Shown in pieces: positions 1 through 13,200 of a stretch of 64,000 nt of DNA. The DNA is from Stegostoma tigrinum. Taxonomy: Eukaryota. Made by a program: the position numbers and the translations under genes. The stretch's first letter is position 1; each line of letters begins with the position of its first letter. The stretch is from positions 88,365,733 to 88,429,732 of the forward strand of contig NC_081355.1 in the NCBI RefSeq assembly GCF_030684315.1, in the 5' to 3' direction. The notes below the pieces were generated by a model, which did no database searches, had not been told where the DNA came from, and saw only the letters and a program-made list of their open reading frames with translations.

Positions 1-571
1 TTACTCGCTGTGAATAGTGGCGTGCACTGCTGCTATCATTTCGTTTCGCTAAATCGGTGCCCCCGTTCTTGATCTTGATCTGTTCTCGCTCCTCTCGATA
101 ATGGGAAGAGTGTCTTCCTATCTACTGTGACCAGATTCCTCATGGTTTCTCACCTCTCCTTCTAAATTTCAATGAGCCTGAACATATTCGACCGTTTCTC
201 ATTAGGCAACCCTTTCGTCGGAGTCTGGACAGAACTGCTTCCTGTACAAATCTCTCCGGACTCAAACTGAACACAGTATTCCAGATGTGCTCTCACCAAT
301 ATATGGTTGTAGCCTACACTGCCTCTATACTCCATCACACTCGCAAAAAATGCTAATCCGTTACTTGTCCTCTACTTGCTGTACCCGAATGCTTTTCTGT
401 GATTCACATACAAGGACATGTAAAAACACTTCCATTGTGGCGTTTTGCAATCTCTCTCATTTAATATTCAGATGTTTTGTACTTCCCAGCCAAAGTGAGC
501 AACCTCAGAGGTTGCTGTGTCATATTCACCTGACAATGTTTTGCCCACTGACTTAACCTGTCCCTTTCTGC

Positions 572-856
572 GTGACACGGTGGCTCAGTGGCTAGCGCTG
601 CTGCCTCGCAGCACCAGGGACCCAGGTTCGATTCCACCCGTGGGTGACTGTCTGTGCAGAGTTTGAACATTCTCCTTGTGTCTGTTTGGGTTTCTTCTGG
701 GTGCTCTGGCTTCCTCCATAGTGCAAAGATGGGCAGGTTAGGTGGACTGGCTAAGCTAAATTGCCCGTAGTGTTCAGGAATCTGTAGATTAGGGGGGTGG
801 GATGCACCAAGGGTCAGTTGGGCCAAAGGGCCTGTTTCGACACTGTAGGAATTCTA
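572..856 (+). mobile_element. HE1-like tRNA-derived V-SINE
   Basis: A box TGGCTCAGTGG, B box GGTTCGATTCC, V-domain-like core (tgtgcagagtttg...gggtttc...gggtgctctgg), CR1-like tail. Confidence 0.85.
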
Positions 857-1049
857 ATTCAATCATTTTGTGCCTTCTTTGTATTCCCAAACCAGAAGGC
901 AGGCTACTACTTGAATGGCTGTAAATTGAGAGAGGGGAGTGTGCAGTGGGACCAAAGTCTCAAAAACCCAAACCTTCTGCCAGACCTTTTTATCCTTCCT
1001 ATACACCTTGTATCCGTGAATATTTAATACCCAGTCCTGACCTTCTTTC

Positions 1050-1178
1050 AGAGATAATGGGAACTGCAGGTGCTGGAGATTCCAAGATAATAAAATGTGA
1101 GGCTGGATGAACACAGCAGGCCAAGCAGCATCTCAGGAGCACAAAAGCTGACGTTTCGGGCCTAGACCCTTCATCAGA
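1050..1178 (-). mobile_element. Penelope-like element terminal repeat fragment with hammerhead motif
   Basis: Same sequence as the 3' ends of the GIY-YIG-bearing copies at 8140 and 50915. Confidence 0.8.
1150..1177 (-). ncRNA. Minimal type-I hammerhead ribozyme motif (intact core)
   Basis: The - strand reads CTGATGA A GGGTCTAGGCCC GAAAC GTC. Confidence 0.75.
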
Positions 1179-1496
1179 GGGTGGCACGGTGGCTCAGTGG
1201 TTAGCACTGCTGTCTCACAGCGCCAGACACCTGGGTTCAATTCCACCCTCAGGTCACTGTCTGTGTAGAGTTTGCACATTCTCCCCGTGTCTGCATGGGT
1301 TTCCTCCGGGTGCTCTGGTTTCCTCCCACAGTCCAAAGATGTGCAGGTTCAGGGGGATTGGCCACACTACACTGTCTGTGGTGGGAAGATTAGCCATCAG
1401 AAATGCAGGGTTACAGGATCTGGATGAGATGTTCTTCTGAAGGTTGGTGTGAGCTTGATGGGCCAAATGGCCTGCTTCCGTACAGTAAGGATTCTA
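1179..1496 (+). mobile_element. HE1-like V-SINE
   Basis: GGTGGCACGGTGGCTCAGTGG...GGTTCAATTCC, V-domain core, CR1-like tail. Confidence 0.85.
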
Positions 1497-3989
1497 CGAG
1501 CCTGCCTCTGAGGCATTCTCAGGCAGCAGGTTACACCTCTTGGCACCCAATGTGTGAAACATTTCTCCCCTGCTTCTTCTACCTTAAATCTGTGCCCTCT
1601 TCTTCACCATTCTGTCACCAGTGGGGACAATACCTCTGCTCTTGATTCTGTCCAATTTGACAGCCTATATCTGACCTTCTTTCAGCCAGGTTTCTGTTAG
1701 AATGATAACATAAGATTTCCACCTGTCTATCTGCGACTCATCAATACTACACTCCATGTTTTCCCATGTATGCATAATAACCTTAATTTAACTTTTATTA
1801 CTTTCTCTCTTACACTGATCCCAGCCAATAACTTACTTATTTCTTGCTGCAGTCATATCCATCTCTCCCAGTATTCTTTACCCGTTGGTGTTCTTCTCAA
1901 CTATTACTGTTCACTGGTTCCTCTGCCCCTGCCAGGTTTTGTTTAAACTTTTGCTTTTGTACCAGTACATCACCCCACTAGAAAATTGGTCCTGGACATT
2001 TGTATAGGTGCAGCCCATCCAACCTGTGCATGTTCCATGTTCCCAAAGTCATTCCTGTTCTTTCAAGAATTAAAATACATTCCTTGCAACATCTTTCCAG
2101 CCACACACACATCTGCTCAATCCTCCTATTCTATTCTCTTTTGATGTATTGGAAGTAATCGGGAGATTGCTGCAATGTCCGATCTCGATCCTTAAATTTT
2201 GACCACTAGAATCACATCTCTCCTTTTGCCTACATTATTGATACTGATATGGACCATGACAGTTCACTGTTTCCTCTCAGGATGCTTTGCAGCCATTCAT
2301 TTACATTTTCACCATGGCACCAAGGAGGCAAAATATCATCCTCTTTCATGTCTGTGACTGCAGAACTGCCAGCCTGTTTTCCCCCAACACCTATGACTGC
2401 ATTTCCTGTTGTATTCATGACCAATGCACAGCTAAGACATCCACAATGCAACGAATTTGGCTGCACATTCCAGACAAAGCACCATTTCCACAGTGTTCAC
2501 AATGGAATATTGTATGGACAAGGGATGCAGGGGACTCCTGCAGTAATTATGTATTTCTTTTGACTGCCTAGTGGTCACCCATTCTCTTTCTCCCTGTATA
2601 CGCTTAAGCTGTGGGATGACTACGCCTACAAATGTGTTACCTTAAAACCAGATATACGCAATGATTCTGATCCATGCAAACTCCTCTCACTCTGCTTCAC
2701 AATGATTCTGATTTACTGCAAACCATTCCTGCCTCCTTCACAGAGATCCTGGCCTACTGCAGACTCCTCCTGGTCATTCTGCAATCACATTTAAATTTCC
2801 AGAGAATTGGAATAGAACTGATAACATAGTTCCGTCGATATTTTGGCAAGAGGAAAGGTTTTCTTTGTTGAATAACATCACAATTTTTATTCTTATATAA
2901 CGTGATTTTAAGCACACATCTCCATGGCATAAAACTAGATGCATAAAATTGAGCTTTTCCCTGATAACTTTACACAAGGAATTGGTATGTAGAACTTGTA
3001 GAGGGACAGGACAAAGGGATTTATGGGTGCGGTTAAATATGTTAATTTCTTGAACATTAGGGCACATGGAATCAAAGTAAGTCATTAAGAAGAGGGATTG
3101 TTCTTATTGCAGAACAATGCAGCCTCAACTTCAGATAAAATTTTATTATGAAGTGGTAAGTAACCAGAAAAATTCAAACAAGAATCTAGAGGTGGCAAAC
3201 ATGATTACATGAACAAGGCTTTCAGCACTAAAGGCGGACAGTATTGAAAGTGTGTGCTGTTCTTGATGGTTAAAATGTAGGGGGCCCTTTTGTGGTGTCC
3301 CTACCCCCTGGACCCAGGAGGCCTGGGTTCAAGTCCCATCTGCTCGAGAGGTGTGTAACAACATCTCTTAACAGATAGATTAGAAAAATAGGTTAAATAA
3401 GAAAGAAAAATGTAGGTCTTTGCCTCCCCTTCAGGCAAGATAAGACACAATTGTTTAGTAATGTTTTAGTCCATCGAAATAATAACTGACTGGGGAGATA
3501 TTATTATTTAATGGTTTTAATTGTATGTTAAAACAATCAAATGAAATGTATAAATACAATTCCTATCTTTACCCTTTTCATCTTTAATTTGTAATGCAGT
3601 CAAAGCATTTCTGGTCATTTTATGAGAATGTATAAAGATTTAGTGTGTGACAAACTGCTTAAATGTATGTTTTTGATAACTAATTTTGTTTCTGTTGATA
3701 TCACTGCTATCTTGTTAGAGACCCTGTCTACCTACTAGCGATACTCAAAAGATGAAAGTATCTGGTGGGAAGAGACTCAGTCCTCCTCAAAATCTCCTAC
3801 TCAGATTTAAGAAAGTGCAAGAGTGCAATGCGGGTGCTGGATGCAATCGTTGGTTCGGCTAACACTTTGAATTAGTGGATCCACCAACTATAGTTCTTGC
3901 TATCTCCGAACACTTTATCTGTATTTGAGATTTATTCAAATGCAGATCATCAGATGTTGTTCCCCTCACAAAGATGACACAATTTCCCG

Positions 3990-4270
3990 ATTTGCACCGG
4001 TTGTGCCCCGCACAATGATGGCGTCCCAACCTGGTCTCCTCCACGTCCGCGACCCGGCATCCGCTGCGGAGCGGAAGTTAAACAGGCGCTTTTTGGAGGA
4101 GACATGTCCGGCGATACGGTTGCACTAACCCTGATGCACGGTAATGGCCGGTGACTCGGTTCTGCTTCCTCTGTCAGAAGGGGTAGCGAAGGAGCCTTGT
4201 GCAGGGTCCGGTTGATGGAGGGAGCGGGTAATCTATGAGCACCAGGAGCTGCAGAGCCCGGGCAAGCTCT
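3990..4270 (+). promoter_or_regulatory. CpG-rich BAG1 promoter/first exon with ETS-like GCGGAAGT (4071-4078) and YY1-like ATGGCG (4018-4023) motifs
   Basis: Local CpG density far above the CpG-depleted flanks; typical housekeeping motifs just upstream of the ATG. Confidence 0.65.
4104..4140 (+). CDS. BAG1: BAG1 coding exon 1
   Basis: ATG at 4104, [13 protein letters not shown], donor GTAATG at 4141, inside a CpG-rich region. Confidence 0.88.
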
Positions 4271-7200
4271 GTCTGTGTCTGCACACTCAGCCTGTCTGCA
4301 TTCACTGTTAATTAGCAAAGTGAGTTGGCTTCAGTCATCCTGCAGCCCAGCCCAGCCGTTCATCTACAGTATACCTGCCATCTCAGTGATCGAGGGGCAG
4401 AGGAATCTCTGATACATCTCTTCATGGACTATAAAACACTGCCTTATACTGTGATGGAGACAGATTCAATCGGGAATGATATAATTATCTGAAGAAGAAA
4501 ATAAATGGTGGGGTTTCATGGAAAGGGCTGGGAGTGGAACAAATTTGCTGCTGCAGAGTTATGGACGTACAGGCCTGAACGGTCTCTTGTAATTTCTCTG
4601 AATATGGGAATATAATTCTGCATTTTTATAGCACGTGAGACATTGTGGCATAAAACTATGGGAGGTTTAAATGTGGATAAGAAACAGTCTGAATCCAAAG
4701 GCCTACACCTCATTGTGTATGCTGTATGCAACAATTAAATGTAATGCAAATTATATGCAAATAGATTAATTTCATCTGTTTATTAGGATACTGCAGAGTG
4801 CCTTTTCAGAAGCTGGAATATGTTTACTGTTGTATTTATATTTCATTCTTAGGTAGTTCAAAGCACAAGATTGAAATTTCTGCTGTACAGGAAGGATGTG
4901 AACCTACATTGCAGGACATGGCAACTGTTATTGCTCAAGTTACTGGAGTACCCCAGCAACTGCAGAAACTAATCTTTAAAGGTAATCATGACACATTGGA
5001 AAGATGGGCAGTGCATGAAATAATTTATCATCCACGTTGTGACTATCTAATGGTCTTGTGATACAAAAGTTCCACAGATTTGACACATTAGATAATTTTT
5101 TGCATTAGTACAATTTGGTATACTCTCAAGTCAAAAGCTTTTAGCAGTCTAGCCAGTTTGTAACCTTGGTTTGATATTTGATCTGGACATGAACTTCTGA
5201 TCGTGCAGTTGCACATCATTGATAGGATTGGCATTTATTGCCCTTTTCTAATTGCACTCAAGCAGAAAGTGGTGTGTGATCTTCTTGAAATGTTACTGTC
5301 CATTTGGCATGGACCCCACTCCAGTGCTGTTGGCAAAGGAACTCCAGGATTTTCACTTGTGACCATGAAAGAACAGCAATATGGTTCCAAGTCGGGATGG
5401 TGTCTCAGGTGAAGTTCCCATGTATCTGCTGCCATTTCCTCTGAGGTGGTACAGGTCACCTGTTTGTATGGTGCTTCTGAAGGAGGCTTGGCAGGCTGTG
5501 ACAGTTTTTTTTTGTAGATTGTATACACTACTGCTGCTGTGCTCTGGTGGAGGGACTGTTATTGGAGCCTCAGACATCCAGGCAACTGCAAATTAATCAG
5601 TCAAGACTCCAAACTTATTTTTAGATAGCTAGGCTATGGTGAGTTTGGAAGTAAATTACCTCAGATTTCCCAGCCTTTGACTTGCGTTTGCATTTATTGC
5701 TGCTGGCCCACTTCAGTTTCTGTATGTGTCAGTAAAGTGATTGTGTCTGTGCCTGAGTGAGTCGTAGACCAAGAGTACTTGTTGTTCTTTTTGTAGTAGC
5801 AATGTTCACGGATAAGCAAAAAAATGGCAGGGCTTCTTCAACTTTGATGTGGGAACTCCAGGATGATGCTCATATCCTGGATAACCATTTATGCTGCAGG
5901 TGTCATTAGTTGTAGCAGCTTAAATTCTGGGTTTCAGAGCTACAATGTGATCATGCTGCAGCTAGAAGTTGTGTAGGGAGAGAGTGAATAGGTGACCACT
6001 AAGTAATCAAAAAGGAACAGGCAGATAGTACAGTTTTCAACTAATATCTAATTCTGGAATCTAATATGGCAGATGGCTCTTGCAGCATTCTCCAGATGAG
6101 TGGAGGCTTAGCTGCACAGGGTGGTATAAAGACAGAAAAAGCCAAGTGATAGATGATTTGATAGGGGAATAGAAAAATGTTTCTGAACCACAAGTGTGAC
6201 AGTGTGTTGCTTCTTTGGTGCTGTAATGAAGGATGTCACTAAGTAATTGTACAGCACCCTGAAGGGGGAGGATGAACAGCCAATAGCCAGACTCCATGCT
6301 GGAACCAATGACATGAGTCGTCCTACAGCCTGAGCATAGGGAACTGGGTAGAAAATTAGTAAGTAGGAACGCAAAACGTAATAATTGTACGTTACTCCCA
6401 GTGCTATCTGTAAATGAGTACAGAACTAGGATAGGACAGATGAATGCATACCTGTAAAGGTGGTGCATAAGGAAGGGCTTTAGATTCTTGGAATGTTGTA
6501 ATTAGCTCTGAGAAACAAGGAAATTGTAAAGCTGGATTATTTGCACCTGAACAGAGCCGGGACTGAGTTCCTTCCAGGACATTTTGCTAGTACTATTGGA
6601 GAGGGTATCAGAGAGGAATACTATAGTGCAGAAAGCATTGGGAAAGATAGATAGTGGTCAGAGTAAATAGAGAGGAAATGTTTCTCACATGAAATGATTG
6701 AGAAAGAGAGGGTACAGGTTTACAGCAATTAGTAAAAGAAGTGAAAATGATATGAGGAAGAATCATGTTACATAGCAAATAATTAGATTCTGGAATATGC
6801 TGCCTAAGAGCCTGATAGAGGCAGATTCAGTTGAGAATGTTAGATGGTTATTTGAAAAGGAAGAATCAGCAGGAAGAGAAAGCAAGTGAATCGTACTAGG
6901 TGAGATGCTCATTGGAAGAGCTGGTGCAGACTGTTATGTTGAATGACCCCTGCGCCAATCTGTGGAAGACCCAAGGGTGGGGTGTCAGCAATAGTGGTAC
7001 CATAAAGACATGAATACTTGAATGTCAAGGAGAAATATCTAGATTCCTCCTTTTTGGAGACAATCATTGCTTGGCACCTGTGGGCCTCTAATTTCACTTA
7101 GCAGTTATCAGCCTGCACCCAAGCTTGAATGTTATTCAGCTCTTGTCGTGTGAGAGTATGGACTGTTCAGTACGTGAGCACTTCACCCCTGTCTCAGCTG

Positions 7201-10200
7201 ATCTACTGAAATCCTTATCTGTCTTTTGTTACTTCTAGGCTCAGCAATTCCAATACACTTCTCGCCATTTTCCCATATTCTACCCTCTGTCAAGTTGCGG
7301 TCATCCAATGTTCTGCAGGTTATGTCTTAACTCTCACTAAAGTCAGTCCCCTATTACTGCCGTTTTCTCTGAAGCTTTGACTTTAAAATGTTTTGAATTC
7401 TGATTTTGCAAGTGAGTTTGACCTGTTGGCATTCATTTGCTGAATTCACATTCTTCATGTAAATTAGAAACTACTGCCACCTGAGCATAGACCTCTGTGC
7501 ATGTCATCAGGCCCTCACTCTCTTCCATTGCTACCCAAGCAACTGTAGTTTATACCCTGAGCAAATCCCATTCATCACCCTCATGTATTACTTTAAATCT
7601 TTATCACTTTATGTTCAAATAGCAGCTTTATCAATGTAGTATATTGCACGTGTCTTTCCATATGATAACTTTGTAGAAACTTAAATGTGTCTATTTGAAC
7701 TTGTGTGTAGTGGGGCAGACCCACATCAACGCATTCCTGGTAACCTACTGGATTATTTTACCACATGACTTGGAATTGCAATTATAATTAAACAGGTTAG
7801 AATCCTTCAAAATACTTCAAGACAGTGGCTGTCCAGTGGGCACTAAGTTCGGATTTATGATTTTGTACTTAAGGTTAACTTCTTCAGAATTTAACAGAAT
7901 AACAAAGATTTGAAATCCCTGTCGACATAAAGCAATTTAATTAGCAAACTTGGAAGTATGTGTAAAAGTAGCCATTCGAAAATACTTGGATGGACAAAGA
8001 GATTAAACTATCCAATTCAGTATTAGGGGAGGAGACTCAAACCACATCAACTCGATTTTAAGTTTGCTCTTCTGTCTGAAAGCAAAGACACATTAAGATA
8101 CTTGCTGCTTGGCTATAAAATCGCTCCTGCCAAATCGCTGAGATAACAAGGTGTAGAGCTGGATGAACGCAGCAGGCCAAGCAGCATCAGAGGAGCAGGA
8201 AGGCTGACGTTTTGGGCGTCGACCCTTCTTCAGAAATAGGGCAGGGGATGGTGCTTCTGAAATAAATAGGGAGAGAGGGGGAGGTGGATAGAAGATGGAT
8301 AGAGGAGAAGATCGGTGGAGAGGAGACAGACAGGTCAAAGAGGCGAGGATGGAGCCAGTAAAGGTGAGTAGATGTAGGAAGGGGATAGGTTAGTCCAGGG
8401 AGGATGGACAGGTCAAGGGGGTGAGATGAGGTTAGGTGGGAGATGGGGTGGGTCTTGAGGTGGGAGGAGGGGATAGATGGGAGGAAGGACAGGTGAGGGA
8501 GGCGGGGACGAGCTGGGCTGGTTTTGGGATGCAGTGGGGGAAGGGGAGATTTTGAAGGTTGTGAAGTCCACATTGATACCATTGGGCTGCAGGGTTCCCA
8601 AGTGGAATATGAGTTGCCGTTCCTGCAACCTTCGGGTGGCATCATTATGGCACTGCAGGAGGTCCAGGATGGACATGTCTTCTGAGGAATGGGAGGGGCC
8701 GTTGAAATGGTTTGTGACTGGGACGTGCAGTTGTTTATTGCGAACCAAGTGTAAGTGTTCTGCAAAGCGGTCCCCAAGCCTTCGCTTGGTTTCTCTGACG
8801 TAGAGGAGGCCACCTTGTTTTCTCAGATTCTCCAGCACCTGCAGTTCCTACGATCCCTGCCAAATGACTGTCTCGTCTGATTTAACTGATTGTTTAACTG
8901 AAACGCAAGCACTTAAAAGAGCCTCTCTAAATTCTCTGACTCTACTTGTTGTATTTGGGTACCAGAAGTTACCTTGCACCACTCTAAGGAACTTATTGTC
9001 CACAGTATATTTACATCCGAGAGAGCAGTACATGGCAAATAGCTTTGTGAGACCTTACAACTCGTGGAAGTTGGTTAAAGGTTATACTGTCTGATGTACT
9101 CACGATGTAGGGCTTTTGTGCTGACTACTATAAAAACTTTTCACACTTTTTTAATTTGTCTTTGGGATTTTGGTAAGACTGATGGACTAGCATTATGAAA
9201 CTGAAGTCACATGTCGAGTAGATAATATCATAAGATCACAGAACGGTTAAGGCGTAGAAGGCAGCTATTTGGCCCATCAGTTCCACCTGTTCTATTACGT
9301 TGTGCCAATTTTCTGCCCTTTCCCCATATCCCTGCACACCATTTGAGTCCAAATAATCCTCCAATGCCCTCTTAAATGCCTCATTTGAACCTGCCTCCAC
9401 ATTTCCAGGCAGTGCATTCCATACCCTGATTACCCGCTGTCTGAGAGAGCTTTTTCTTGCATCGCCCTTGCTTTGTTTTTATGCCCCTTGAAACCTAGAT
9501 CTGTGCCCTCATCCTTTTTATCAGTTATGAGTGGGAACAGCCTCTCCCTATCTACTCTCTCCAGCCTGCTCGTGATTTTGTAAACCTATGTCCAACGTCC
9601 TGTCAGTCCTCTGCTGTCTGAGGAGAATAGTCCCAACTTCTTCAATCTGTCTTCACGAATGAAGTTTCTCATTCCTAGAACCATTCACTTCCTTACCTCT
9701 GTACTCCATGCTCCTATTAATAAAGCTGAGAAGGCTGCATTTTGTTAATTGCTCTCTCCACCTGTTATGCCGCTCAATAATTTATGGTCCCTCTGCTACT
9801 GCATCCTGTTTAGGTTTGTACCTTTATTTTATATTGTCTATCAGTACAATAAAGTACATCACCTCACATTTATAATAAAACAATAAGAAATAGGTACAGG
9901 AGTAGGCCAGTCACCTCTTGAGCCTGTTCTGCCAATCGGTAGGCTTGTCGTTGATCAGACATTCCTCATGTTTACTTTCTTGCCCTTGCTCCATAATCCT
10001 TGACTCTCCTTCTGATTAAGAATTTAAATATGCACAAGGACTCTGCCCCACAACACTCTATACCAAGGAGTTTCAAAGTCTCACAACCCTCTGACAGAAG
10101 AAATTCCTCCTCATCTCAGTACCCCTTTTTCTGAGACAATGCTGCCTGGTCCTGGACACTCCCATGAGGGGAAACATCCCTCAGCATTTACCCTGTCAAC

Positions 10201-13200
10201 CCCCTTAAGAATGTTTCAATGAGATCACTTCTCATTCCTCTAAATTCAAGTGAGTGGAGTTCCAAGCTGCTCAGCTTTGGAATCTTCTATGTATTGAACT
10301 TCATCTAACACCTATCCACCCTCTTCACAAAGTTGTCAGTGTCCTTTTGGAGCTCAACACTGTCCTCAGTTTGAAGAACTGCAAAGTATTGTGTCATGTG
10401 TAAACTTTGACATTATCCCCTGCATACCAAGATCCAGATCATTAATATACATCAGGAAAAGGAAGAGTTCCGATGCTGATCCCTGGGGCACTCTCCACTA
10501 CAAAACATCCATCAGCCCTTAAACTACCCATTGACATTATTTTCTTCTTCTTTTATGTTCAGGTTGCTGCTGTTGCTTTTACACCATAATGTCTAACCTG
10601 TCTTGCAGGTCTTTGTATGGTGGAGAGGAAGTTTCTTTCTCTGAAACACATTGGTGAATAAGTTGGGTTTTTATGACCTCTGTTGTTTTCTGGTGTTTGC
10701 CCACAAATTGACATTGATTTTAGAATATAACTTACTATAGTACAATTTGAACTTCTGAGCCTGAAGTCGGTCATACAGATTACCAAAAACCATAGGACAC
10801 TTTAGACGCCGTATGTGTCAGTTCAAATATTGATGTATTGACTTTCAAAAAGTGTAAAAATAACTAACAACATCTTTAATTGTTTTATTCTTCTGTATCG
10901 TGTAGGCAAATCTCTCAAAGACATGGAACAACCTTTGTCCGCTTTTGGTGTTAAAAATGGCTGTAAAATAATGATGATCGGCAAAAAGGTAAAGTTGTAT
11001 AACTTTTCTGTTAAAGAATTTTTACAGCAACTTGTCTAAAATATTGTTTCAAGCTTTCTAGGCGTTATTTATATATTCCTTTCTTTTTTAAAAAAAAGTA
11101 CTGTTTGCTCAATTTTTTTTTTGCCTTCATTCGTCTGGTTTTCCTCAGCCATGCACTGTGTCCTTAGTCATCAGAACCGACAAATTCCTGTTCTAAGTAA
11201 GGTTCATGAGCGTGTAAGTGATCTGGCCTATTGCATCATCCCTCTTGTGTCGGGAAATACCCAGTCTATGCTTTGTATTTTGACTGTTCAACTCTCATAT
11301 CTGTCTCTCTGAATAACTACAGCAATAATTACTAGATAGACAAACAGGAAGCTGGAAGAACACAGCAAGTCAGGTAGCACCTGGAGAAAAGGAGAAGCCA
11401 ACATTTTGGATATTATCTTACCCAAAACGTTGACTTCCCCTTTCCTCCAGACGCTGCCTGACTTGCTGTGTTCTTCCAGCCTCCTGTTTGTACACCTTTT
11501 ATTCCAGCTTCTGCACTTTTTTTTTGGTCTCTATCCAAGAATTACTTGATGTCAGCTAGAACAACAGGCATATTGAAGTGTCTTTCTGATTACATAGATT
11601 CAGTTATTTTAACACAGTTAGTCATTTTGGTAATCCATTAGCAGGATGTTAAGTCTGCATACCTCCAATTGTACATCTGCTCTGTTGTGTATGGCTAAAA
11701 GTGTGTGTGGCAGGACCTTGTAGAACTTGGATAAGTGATCTTATGTGGGAAATGTCTGGGAAGTTTATGGACAATTTCCTGGCAGGTCTGGACTGTCCAC
11801 AAATGCCTCTGATTTGGAGTTAGAGATTTCGGACAGATCTGCAGTAGTTGCCTAGATAATTACCGAGGAAATGTTATATGTTATAAATGTTATATTAAGA
11901 CCTAGTCTAACATCTGGTTAACCCTACAATCACTATTACTCCCCACCCCTGCTGTTATCCCTCTTGACTGCCCCCAATTACTCTCCTCCGATTTAACCCA
12001 ATCATTCCCAACCCAATCTGAATACCCCAACCATCCATTCAACTCTCAATTAGTTACCTGATCACCCTTCCAACCAGATCTAACTAGCCCATTCTCAAAC
12101 TGACAACCCCCTTCTGATACAACGCAACTGCCACCTCCCAGGCACCCTCTGGATCAGATTTGACTTACTGACCCTGACTTGACTACCCCCTTGACCAAAC
12201 CTGACCACTGAATGCTTACATATCCTCCTCCATATCGCACCCATCTTCCCACTAACCCATTTGTTTACATTTAGACCAGATCTTTAAAATTGCTGTACAG
12301 CTACAGCTGTGAAAGTGTCTTGTTATTCCCCAACTCTGCTCTGCTCCAATGGCATTCCCCCAGGCATACTAATTTTGGGACAACTGGGATCTGAAGATGC
12401 CCAAGGAAATGTTATGACGCACAGACAAGACAGCCAAACCAAATCAGCCTTTCTACCTCTGTATTCGCAACACAGTAAAATTAAAACCTTGAAAAACTCT
12501 CAAAATTGACACCAACGGTTCCTAATGAGACTTTAAATAATCAATTCCAGACTTTGTGAATAATCAGTTTTTGACATCAGTTTGTAGCTTAAACAAAAAC
12601 TCAGTTATTTATTTATAATTCAATAACTTTAGTAAGGCAAAATTAATTAACAAAGTAATCTTATTGGTCTATGCTATAAACCTAAAAACCATCATTGTTT
12701 TCAGCTCCATTCACACAAAAGGCAGTCAGATAAGCATAAATAAAAATAAATAACAAAAATGACCAGATTACTTAAGTGGTTTTCATGATACATAGCTGAT
12801 GGTTTCTTGGTTGATTTTCTGAAGATACTGTTTGGCGTCACCTTTACAGTTCACTCAGATAAAGGCAGCAATACTTAAATTCGGTTTTCTATTCTATGAC
12901 CTTCCAAGAGCTGCTCATAGGGGGTTAGTTTGGAAGCTTTTAGATGTTCATGCTATAGTATCAACAGCCAGATTCCTTTCCACAGAAGACACTGTTCAAA
13001 GCCCAATTCAAATTCTGACCACTCGCAGACAGACAGACCATTTCCTCCAGTTACCATTCAACGTCTCCATCTGCTTTAGCATAAGATTGCTTTCCAGACT
13101 TGCTGGAACCAATTCCCAGGTACTGACCTCATTGATAGCCAACTTCTGCTATCTGTTCATCCCTAATGATGAAGCATCTGCAGAACCTTTCCTTTAGGAG

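Noticed and set aside
1-130. CpG-rich start of the window as the promoter of an upstream gene (CHMP5 is the head-to-head neighbour of BAG1 in human)
   Set aside because: I found no recognisable CHMP5 coding sequence in 1-4000, so it cannot be supported from this window.
572-660. tRNA-like A/B boxes (also at 1185, 20405 and 54050)
   Set aside because: They are heads of HE1-type SINEs followed by the V-domain; no complete cloverleaf, so not tRNA genes.
8187-8838. 208-aa and 141-aa ORFs (and the similar ORFs at 50696-51302) as novel genes
   Set aside because: They are GIY-YIG fragments or alternative frames of truncated Penelope-like elements.
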